From the IMG/VR virus record IMGVR_UViG_3300021255_002352: 64,000 bases of DNA; one strand, written 5' to 3'. Below the pieces are notes generated by a model. It made no database searches and was not told where the DNA came from. It saw only the letters and a program-made list of their open reading frames with translations. The stretch comes from an uncultured virus (IMG/VR IMGVR_UViG_3300021255_002352) (taxonomy: Duplodnaviria; Heunggongvirae; Uroviricota; Caudoviricetes). Shown one piece after another: positions 56,874 to 64,000 of the stretch (position 1 is the first letter of the stretch; the number at the start of each line of letters is the position of its first letter). Position numbers and translations under genes: made by a program.

Positions 56874-57316
56874 TATTCAGATTTAATATTCTCTAATAAT
56901 TTCTTTGTATCTTCGTCGATTTCGCCATTTGCAATAGCTTCATTTGCTTTTGCAGCTAAATCGGCCGGGAGAATGCCATTAATAAATTCTGACGCAGCAT
57001 CACTGTTTGTGGCAAGTTCCATATAGATTTCTGAATATGCTTCGGTGCATGAGAAATCCTCACGAATTTCATCAGACTTCTTAAACCGCTTACCATCTTC
57101 AGACTTAATACCATAAGCCTTTAAAATTACATCTTTAAACAATTTGATTAAAGCCGGTGTATCTTTAGCATTTACAATTCGTTTAATAATTTCTAACAGA
57201 CCACCGTCAGTTGAAAGCTGCATATCCATCAGTTCAGCTTTCGTGAAATTGAAATAAAAGTCTTCAGTTCTTTCAACACCGTTAAAATCGGTATAAGTTA
57301 ATGTCTTTTTATACAT
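56873..57316 (-). CDS. Tail assembly chaperone
   Basis: YTDFNGVERTEDFYFN, AYGIKSEDGKRF; follows the major tail gene. Confidence 0.7.
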   Translation of the reverse strand: MYKKTLTYTDFNGVERTEDFYFNFTKAELMDMQLSTDGGLLEIIKRIVNAKDTPALIKLFKDVILKAYGIKSEDGKRFKKSDEIREDFSCTEAYSEIYMELATNSDAASEFINGILPADLAAKANEAIANGEIDEDTKKLLENIKSE

Positions 57317-57341
57317 ATTAGCTCTCCTTTCAATAATAGCG

Positions 57342-57376
57342 AAAGGGCTGAATAGTCATCCTAGACAGCCCCTTTT
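57342..57376. terminator. Hairpin after the major tail gene
   Basis: AAAGGGCTG...CAGCCCCTTTT. Confidence 0.55.
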
Positions 57377-57396
57377 GTCTCCATTTTGATTATTAA

Positions 57397-58068
57397 TTAC
57401 TGACCAAACAGAGTTTTAACTTCATCCGGTAAAGGAAGTCTAGCAACAGTACCCTCGCTGCCTCCAGAACCATCAGAACCATAAAGAATATCTTCGAACG
57501 CTTTTAACTTAGCTGGGTCGACTGCGGTTGAGTCAATTTCAAGAACACAAGTCGGTTTCAAACCTGTAACTGGAACTGGTGTACAAGAGATTTCCCAAGA
57601 AAGTTCAACTGCTGACGGAGAATCATTAATCGTATCGTGAGTCTTAGCAGAAGGTGAAGCCTTGCAACCATAAACAAGGTGAAGTCTATAGCCATAAGCA
57701 TCGCCCTGAGTATCATTACCAATAGTCGTTCTATAGCAGAAACCGAAAGACTGACGATTCTGCTGACCTACAACTACACCTTTGGATAATGATGCGGAAC
57801 CGTCACAAGCTTCGAATTCATCAGGATAAGTGTAAGCCCTGATAGTGCCACCATATTCTTCAGCCGAGAACATCGTGATATAGTTGATATCATCAGCCCA
57901 CAGTTTAGTAGGTTCTGCACCAGAAGGGTTCTCATCAAAGCCTAAGAGACCATTCCATGCAACACCTTTAGAGTAAGTGTTGTTAGCATCGATTGGGTAA
58001 AGAACGGCATTACGAGCACCTGTTTCATATAACTTTTCACCAATCTGATCCCAAACTAATCTTGCCAT
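57397..58068 (-). CDS. Major tail protein
   Basis: WDQIGEKLYETG, GVAWNGL, WADDI.Y, AYTYPDEF, LHLVYG. Confidence 0.85.
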   Translation of the reverse strand: MARLVWDQIGEKLYETGARNAVLYPIDANNTYSKGVAWNGLLGFDENPSGAEPTKLWADDINYITMFSAEEYGGTIRAYTYPDEFEACDGSASLSKGVVVGQQNRQSFGFCYRTTIGNDTQGDAYGYRLHLVYGCKASPSAKTHDTINDSPSAVELSWEISCTPVPVTGLKPTCVLEIDSTAVDPAKLKAFEDILYGSDGSGGSEGTVARLPLPDEVKTLFGQ

Positions 58069-58083
58069 TTAGTTTTTCCTCCA

Positions 58084-58395
58084 TTAAAAATACAATTCAA
58101 ATACATCATGATAAAGATTATCCGTGATAAAACGACGATCAAAAGAACAATATGGCAATGCTAAAAGTTTCATAACTAAATCATCGTTATCTGGATTCTT
58201 ACCAATTAATGTAATAGTATACCGACATAAATTCTTATATGAAGAATCATCGGCATAGTCAATATTCCATGCGCTTTTTTCATAAATAATGCACGGATAT
58301 TTAAGCATATGCTGCGCAGGTGGTTGGAAATATACATTATTATTCCCAAGTATTTCTTTAAATATCGGGGATAACTCAATCCGGTTTCTCGCCAT
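58084..58395 (-). CDS. Tail terminator-like protein
   Basis: NVYFQPP..LKYPCIIY, DNLYHDVF. Confidence 0.7.
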   Translation of the reverse strand: MARNRIELSPIFKEILGNNNVYFQPPAQHMLKYPCIIYEKSAWNIDYADDSSYKNLCRYTITLIGKNPDNDDLVMKLLALPYCSFDRRFITDNLYHDVFELYF

Positions 58396-58702
58396 TCCAT
58401 AAACCTCCGAGCGTCATGATTAACCTAGGGAACTGGACTTCGACCTCATTAATCTTCCATCTAGTTCCCATATAGGTTACATACTTCATTTGATAGAAGT
58501 TTTCTTTGGCAAATGGATCGGCTACAAAACTGATCTGATTATTAATGTTAAATCCATCATTAATCTGATTAATATTTGGGCTAGTTCTATAATTCTTTAG
58601 AACATCGCCATAATAGGAATGTTCAACGATATGCTCTGTCCATACATCTGGAGCAGTTTCTTCTGTTATAGCGAATCCTATTTGACCAAACCATTTAGCC
58701 AT
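58376..58702 (-). CDS. Head-tail joining (stopper-like) protein
   Basis: KWFGQIGF, ISFVADPFA, YMGTRWKI..VEVQFPRL. Confidence 0.7.
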   Translation of the reverse strand: MAKWFGQIGFAITEETAPDVWTEHIVEHSYYGDVLKNYRTSPNINQINDGFNINNQISFVADPFAKENFYQMKYVTYMGTRWKINEVEVQFPRLIMTLGGLWNGEKPD

Positions 58703-58743
58703 TTTGAATTATTCCTTTCTACGAATAAACTATTTAGTTTATA

Positions 58744-60612
58744 CTAGTCAGCTTTTTTCTTAAGAACAATTGCTGAATGAGGCAGAACAAGTGCGCCAGA
58801 GCAACGAGTTTCAATCAGATACTTCATCTTGTTGTAATCGATATCGAAGTCATCGAACAGAGAAACTTCGCCAGCCTTGTTCATACCAACATTGTAGTCA
58901 CGCAGGTCAAGAGCGACTGCATAGACGTCTGCCGGCATAACAGATGCAGGAACTTTAACAACCTTATCAACGGACATTGCAGAAGCAACTTCGTTCATAC
59001 CCTTGTAAAGTCTCTGACCAATCTTGTCTTCCATTAAGAGAATATCGGAAACAATATCAGATCTAACAAATGCAGTGACATTGCCAGAACCCTGGTAATC
59101 ATCAAGACCCTTAACCATCTTATTGATAACGGCATGAGCCAGAGTTTCATCTCCTGCCTGTTCAACAGTATATGCCATAGCATACAGGTTCTGCTCAGTA
59201 TCGTTGACAACCGGGATGATCTTCTTTTCGTTGATCTTATCGTTATCGGTAGAGCTTCTACCATCGCCAAAGATGTAAGCACGAGCTCTTTCCTCATCCA
59301 GTTTCAGTCTCATTTCTTTCTTGATCCAAGCAACCATATCGATATCGGTGATATCAATCTGATCGTCACGATCGAAAGACTGCTTCTTATAGATTGTAGT
59401 AGCATCGACTTCTCTTCTTAACAGAGTAAATACTTCTTCGATCTTCTGAGTGCCCTTAACATAGCCTCTAGCTCTTGCTTCATTTGGTGTTAAGTCAGCG
59501 AACATCATCTTAATCTTTGCAAACGGAGTCTTATGAACACCGTTGTTGATTACGTCAACCCAACCATTCGGAGTAGTCGTAATAAACGGAACTTCATTAC
59601 CATGGACATTCTTCCATTCCGGTGCAAGATAATCTAAATGATTAATACTATGAACAAGAACTTCTTCGTTGTTCAAACCATGTGCCAGGAAAGATTCCTT
59701 GACAGAACCATATCTCTTGGCATCTTTTAATGCTTCGATGACTTCTTCCTTCATGCCATCATGTTCAATAACTTCTTCGTTGTCAAATGCGTTATGTTTC
59801 ATTTCTTCGTCCTCTTCTTCATCTTTTTCAGCGCCAGCAGAAGCAAGTGCTTCGCCAACAAGGTATTCAGTAACCTTTCTCTGTTCCGGAGTCATTGAAT
59901 CAAGAACATCCTGAACAGTCTTTTCTTCTTTCTTATCAGCCACTTCTTTGTCCTCTCCTTCTTGTTTAGCTGCTAATTCGGCTTTTAAACCGTCCTGATT
60001 ATCTGCGTGAGAAATCTCTTCTTTTTCTTCCTGATTTTCTTTTTTCTCTTCTTCAGAAGATTCTTCTTCTTTGTTTTCCTCTTCTTCCGTAGATTTTTCT
60101 TCAGGATCATCAACGATTTCTACAACATCAGAATCCTCACTGTGCTCCAAATAAAGTGATTCGCCGGTGTAAATTTCAGCACCAACTGCCTCAACATCTT
60201 CATCAGCACTATGAGCCATCACATACTCGATAGATGCACCAGGATTAGCGCCAGCGAGAACTAAACTTACTTCTCTAATGACACCATGTAAAACATCGCC
60301 ATCTGCAGTCTGCTTCAAACCATTTGCAAAGATTGACAAACTGGCGATATCACCATGTTGGAGAATTTCTTTAATCCTCTGAGATTTCGGAAGGTCATTA
60401 AAAAAGCCATACGCTTTTACACCTTCATCAGTGTTTTTTAGTAACGCATGGCCCAAAATGTTATCCGGATCATTATGCTGGTGATTCCAAACAAGCGGTA
60501 CGGTCAATCCATCACAATCCTTAAATGCATTATGACGAATTGTCCTTCCATCGGAGCATTTCAAATCATTTCTTGTGGCCCATCCCCAAAAATCGTAATT
60601 TTTCTTAGCCAT
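58744..60612 (-). CDS. Prohead protease-scaffold-major capsid fusion
   Basis: PLVWNHQH, SLSIFA, IREVSLVLAGANPGA (HK97 protease); acidic linker; DDFDIDYN..KYLIETR.SGAL capsid C-terminus. Confidence 0.88.
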   Translation of the reverse strand: MAKKNYDFWGWATRNDLKCSDGRTIRHNAFKDCDGLTVPLVWNHQHNDPDNILGHALLKNTDEGVKAYGFFNDLPKSQRIKEILQHGDIASLSIFANGLKQTADGDVLHGVIREVSLVLAGANPGASIEYVMAHSADEDVEAVGAEIYTGESLYLEHSEDSDVVEIVDDPEEKSTEEEENKEEESSEEEKKENQEEKEEISHADNQDGLKAELAAKQEGEDKEVADKKEEKTVQDVLDSMTPEQRKVTEYLVGEALASAGAEKDEEEDEEMKHNAFDNEEVIEHDGMKEEVIEALKDAKRYGSVKESFLAHGLNNEEVLVHSINHLDYLAPEWKNVHGNEVPFITTTPNGWVDVINNGVHKTPFAKIKMMFADLTPNEARARGYVKGTQKIEEVFTLLRREVDATTIYKKQSFDRDDQIDITDIDMVAWIKKEMRLKLDEERARAYIFGDGRSSTDNDKINEKKIIPVVNDTEQNLYAMAYTVEQAGDETLAHAVINKMVKGLDDYQGSGNVTAFVRSDIVSDILLMEDKIGQRLYKGMNEVASAMSVDKVVKVPASVMPADVYAVALDLRDYNVGMNKAGEVSLFDDFDIDYNKMKYLIETRCSGALVLPHSAIVLKKKAD

Positions 60613-60633
60613 TTTGAATTCTTTACTCCTTCT

Positions 60634-61977
60634 TTAAATTTCAGACACTTTCAATTCACTCAAGCTCTTATCTTCAACCGTGTTTACAGTTCCTTGATCC
60701 AATTGAGGTTTCTCTGAACTTCTATCAGATTGTGAATCAGTTTGTTCCTCAAGTTCTGAATCAGAAACGCTTGGAAATTGCTGTCCATTTGACTGGTTAA
60801 TGTTCTTATTCCTAAGTTCATTAGCTCTAGGATCATCAGACGGAAGCAATCCAACAACTTGCCTAAATTCATTCGAAGACATAATTTCGTTTCTTGTAAA
60901 TTTGTCTGCGAGTTCTGCAAGTTTGGATGTCGGAACAAGCTTGAACGGATCTCTAAAGAACGCTATTGACTGATGCTGTGTAATTGCGGTCTTTGTAAGA
61001 AACTTTCGTTTCATTTCGTCTGCTATCGCTGATACAATTGGTTCAACAGTTCTTGAATAGTAGTTGATCATAGTCTGCTCGTCCGCTGTACCGTCTAATA
61101 TCGTAGTAGTGATTCCTAACTGCCCGTATAAGATGTTTGTCAGGTATTCAATCTGCGGTAATAGATTGTTCTCCAAAGAACGATTCAACTGTGTGATCTT
61201 CTCTGTTGCATCGACATAAGCAATACCATACTTACTTCCAGTAAGTTGCATTTCTATGTCTTTACGACGCTGTTCAGCCTGTTGTTTTTTAGTATCAGTT
61301 TTAACAAGATACGGAAGCTGGATAATCATGTCTAATTTTCCAGCACCACTTTGTTGATCAACAACGTCCATTAATGTCAGTGTGCGAATTAATCTTTGCA
61401 GAACTGAGTTAGGCTCGTTCATTATCGAATAAAGTGGATTTTCTATGATTGCAACGTTTTTCTTGGTAAACCATAATTCTTCATGCTTACCAGTTCTATC
61501 GTTGTAAACATTAACTTTAACGTGGTCGGGAGACCACTCAGTAATCTTCCCGACCCGTAATGAAAGAATGTCAAAGGATCCTTTTTCTGGATCGATTGAT
61601 GTGTCAATAGGTACGACTGCAATAGTGCCTTCATCGAACATCGACATGACAATGTCCTGAATAAAAGCCCTCCCGGTCTGGTCTTTATTTGCCGAGATCG
61701 ATAGGCAGTCGTTTAACCGTGAATCCATTTTGCTAACAAAATAGCCGTTTTGATCTAATTTAACATGCTCAAATTTGATCTGTGCTACATCCAAAGCAAT
61801 TCTATTATAGATTGATGTTACGATGGTTCTTTCATTTCCTCGAGATAATCTATAACGATATGGATTGTATGATGAATAAGAGATTTCTCCTGGTTCATAA
61901 TTATATGAAGAAGGATACTCATCTTTATTCATAAAGGCATTCCACGCATGTAATAGCCTATCACCGAATTTCGGCAT
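60634..61977 (-). CDS. Portal protein
   Basis: SIYNRIALDVA, ANKDQTGR, GKLDMIIQLPY, TRNEIMSSNEFR; upstream of capsid. Confidence 0.88.
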   Translation of the reverse strand: MPKFGDRLLHAWNAFMNKDEYPSSYNYEPGEISYSSYNPYRYRLSRGNERTIVTSIYNRIALDVAQIKFEHVKLDQNGYFVSKMDSRLNDCLSISANKDQTGRAFIQDIVMSMFDEGTIAVVPIDTSIDPEKGSFDILSLRVGKITEWSPDHVKVNVYNDRTGKHEELWFTKKNVAIIENPLYSIMNEPNSVLQRLIRTLTLMDVVDQQSGAGKLDMIIQLPYLVKTDTKKQQAEQRRKDIEMQLTGSKYGIAYVDATEKITQLNRSLENNLLPQIEYLTNILYGQLGITTTILDGTADEQTMINYYSRTVEPIVSAIADEMKRKFLTKTAITQHQSIAFFRDPFKLVPTSKLAELADKFTRNEIMSSNEFRQVVGLLPSDDPRANELRNKNINQSNGQQFPSVSDSELEEQTDSQSDRSSEKPQLDQGTVNTVEDKSLSELKVSEI

Positions 61978-61994
61978 TTAGGACTTACCTCCTA

Positions 61995-62417
61995 TTACTG
62001 TTGATAATTATTTGCGTTTAACTGACCAATTAATGATTCAATTACTCGTCTTTCACTATCATTTTGAGCGCTATCCATCATAGTACTTTCTAATTGAGAA
62101 ATCATTCTATCTCTTACGCTATGACCGCTATAGCCTCTATCCATCGGATAACCGTAATCTCTTTCGGCGATGTAATAATCTTTATAAGAGTTATTACCGT
62201 TATAACTTCTTCCACGCCTACGAGGATTCATACCGTAGTTGCTATATCCGGAATAAGAATCATCAGGTTCATATTCATCAACCATTTTGATTTTTTCCAA
62301 TAAGCAAACTGCTTTTGTTGCTGCTTCTAATTCAGAAGGATTGATATCACCTTTGCTGGCGATGCGGTCAAGTTCTTTAAGAACTAACTTTTTAAGTTTT
62401 TCTAACGCTTCATCCAT
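61995..62417 (-). CDS. Conserved cluster gene, Tyr/Arg/Gly/Ser-rich
   Basis: Helical ends with a YSGYSNYG..RRRGRSY..RGYSGH core. Confidence 0.65.
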   Translation of the reverse strand: MDEALEKLKKLVLKELDRIASKGDINPSELEAATKAVCLLEKIKMVDEYEPDDSYSGYSNYGMNPRRRGRSYNGNNSYKDYYIAERDYGYPMDRGYSGHSVRDRMISQLESTMMDSAQNDSERRVIESLIGQLNANNYQQ

Positions 62418-62429
62418 TTAGTGAACCTC

Positions 62430-62894
62430 CTATCTGCTAACCAAAAGATCTGGTCTTGTAAAGATAATGTTTGCGTTTTCTACTTGTACTGGCTGTGAAC
62501 TGGTATTAATAACAGATACGTTTTCACAACATCCATTCCAAACTTGAACATTAATTGCTCTGCTAACATTAAAAGCTTCATTCACTGCTGCTGGTGTGAC
62601 AACCATTTCACTGGCAGGAATTACTGTTCCGTCAATAGCTAACGCTAAAGAAATTTCGCTAACTGTTCCACCTTCAGGGATAGAAATATTAGCTCCAAAA
62701 TCTACTAAGTAATTCGCTTCAGCCTGTTTGCCGCAGCATCCGCATCTATTAGGTGTCCATCCGCTTAAAAGAAAATTCCCGGAACCATCTCTATGGCGGA
62801 CGAAACCTCTAGTGCAAGGAACGGGAGCATCAGTAAACGCAACCGCTCCTCCTGTGGCTACAGTCTGAATAGCATTTGCACTGTATTCAGCCAT
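62430..62894 (-). CDS. Conserved cluster gene, BclA-C-like beta protein
   Basis: MAEY.ANAIQTV..GGAVAF, HRDGSG, Y.VDFGANI, VENANI. Confidence 0.6.
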   Translation of the reverse strand: MAEYSANAIQTVATGGAVAFTDAPVPCTRGFVRHRDGSGNFLLSGWTPNRCGCCGKQAEANYLVDFGANISIPEGGTVSEISLALAIDGTVIPASEMVVTPAAVNEAFNVSRAINVQVWNGCCENVSVINTSSQPVQVENANIIFTRPDLLVSR

Positions 62895-62904
62895 TCGCCA
62901 CCTC

Positions 62905-63582
62905 CTAGTTGCAGCCGCAGTTGCCCCAACCGTTATTGCAGCAATTAGGATTCGGAACGGTATATGCAGGAATCGGTGTAGGATTGAGATATTGCTCTAA
63001 TGCAGCTGTCTGAGCAGCATTGTTTGCTAAGATCTGAGCAGTCTGTGCATTCTGAGAAGCAGCAAGGTTCTGCATATTAAGCTGAGTTCTAAGCTGAGCA
63101 ATAGTTTCATTCTTAGCCTCGATTTCCTGCTGGCACATTTTATCAAGGATGGCCTGAGTATTTGCAGTATTAGATGCAATAACGTCTCTTAAAGCATCAG
63201 TAAGAGCATTACGATCAGCACAGTTTTCAGTAGCTACTGTATACTTAATATCTGCTAAACCAGAACTAATACCATTAATTGCCTGAAGAGTGTTAAGATT
63301 GCCATTGCAACGAGAAACCTCTGCATTTGCAAATCCGTTAGAAACTGTCTGCGTTAATCCATTAATTCCACTCATAATTGATTGCTGATCAAATCCTCTT
63401 TGCATACCACCATCTCCATATCCGCCGCGGCCAAAGTTATTTCCATTCATCATAAACAGAAATAAGATCAAAAGCCACCAAGCTCCGTCACCGTTGAAAC
63501 CAAATCCATTACCATTGCTATTGCCAGTTACAGCCGCAATGTCCGCTGCGGATAAGCCAGAACCATAATCAGTAAGTGCCAT
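62905..63582 (-). CDS. Conserved cluster gene: Gly/Asn-rich N-terminus, TM, coiled coil, Cys-rich tail
   Basis: LSAADIAAV, GAWWLLILFLF, QRGFDQ, ENCADR, PTPIPAYTVPNPNCC..GCGCN-like end. Confidence 0.75.
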   Translation of the reverse strand: MALTDYGSGLSAADIAAVTGNSNGNGFGFNGDGAWWLLILFLFMMNGNNFGRGGYGDGGMQRGFDQQSIMSGINGLTQTVSNGFANAEVSRCNGNLNTLQAINGISSGLADIKYTVATENCADRNALTDALRDVIASNTANTQAILDKMCQQEIEAKNETIAQLRTQLNMQNLAASQNAQTAQILANNAAQTAALEQYLNPTPIPAYTVPNPNCCNNGWGNCGCN

Positions 63583-63607
63583 TTAAAGCGTCCCCCTTTT
63601 TATTCTT

Positions 63608-63805
63608 CTAATAATTTTTTCCAGTAATAAGGTTTGCGATCTCTCTAAGCTGATTAAAATCTTGCTGAGACATCTGCCCAGAATTCAGTAGTTCCTGCAC
63701 TCTCTGCTGTGGGTTTACATTCTGATTCTGAGTTTTAAATTGCTGAGAAAAATTATTAAAATCCTTCATAAATTGACCCAAATTATTTAACATCGGATTT
63801 ATCAT
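63608..63805 (-). CDS. Conserved cluster gene, Gln/Asn-rich
   Basis: NPQQRVQELLNSGQMSQQDFNQL. Confidence 0.7.
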   Translation of the reverse strand: MINPMLNNLGQFMKDFNNFSQQFKTQNQNVNPQQRVQELLNSGQMSQQDFNQLREIANLITGKNY

Positions 63806-64000
63806 TTATCGGTCCTCTTTTCGTCATGTGTAGCTGATTCTTGATACCCTTAAACTGACCATCCAAATATTCTTTTAGGTCGTCAAGTTCCTTCTTTGTA
63901 ACATAGTTACCTTCGAAGTTATTAGCCTCAATCTTTGGAGTTGTTTCTTTGAACGAGAACGATCTCATAGGTTGAGGAGATCCATTGGAATTAGTCGACT
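63783..64000 (-). CDS. Conserved cluster gene, 3' part (truncated by the window edge)
   Basis: Frame stays open to the window end: ..GSPQPMRSFSFKE..YVTKKELDDL. Confidence 0.55.
   Translation of the reverse strand, partial: STNSNGSPQPMRSFSFKETTPKIEANNFEGNYVTKKELDDLKEYLDGQFKGIKNQLHMTKRGPINDKSDVK

Noticed and set aside
56328..57316. Programmed -1 frameshift between tail chaperones
   Set aside because: The two ORFs are coupled by a TAATG overlap and I see no clear slippery heptamer before the stop

Overview
AT-rich tailed-phage (siphovirus-type) DNA, almost entirely encoded on the minus strand; the host is probably a low-GC Gram-positive (Firmicutes), which is an inference. Reading right to left: a conserved 5-gene cluster of unknown function, portal, fused prohead protease-major capsid, head-tail and tail genes, a 2509-aa tape measure, Dit and Tal-like baseplate genes, a 1750-aa tail protein, a BspA/DUF285-like LRR protein, a GT2 glycosyltransferase, holin and endolysin, an attP-like region and the plus-strand tyrosine integrase (30423-31499). 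These are followed by an accessory region, then replication genes (primase-helicase/prim-pol/PolB fusion, SSB, SF2 helicase, ThyX-like, Lar-like). The standout structure is an array of about 40 copies of a rigidly spaced intergenic element, sparse from 14.5 kb and dense at 20.2-30.35 kb, starting directly upstream of and divergent from the integrase. On the minus strand it reads hairpin-CTCTTTTATTTTTC-[GCG-N7-C]-N5-YTWTTATG-RGGAGG. It divides the region into single-gene units, often supplies the stop codon (many ORFs end in KESE*) and the next RBS, and also brackets structured non-coding units, one of them tRNA-like. This is an integron-like cassette architecture, but an integrase role in it is unproven. 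Two other 12-15 bp gene-junction repeats organise the early and replication genes. All protein calls come from motif recognition by eye; no searches were run.
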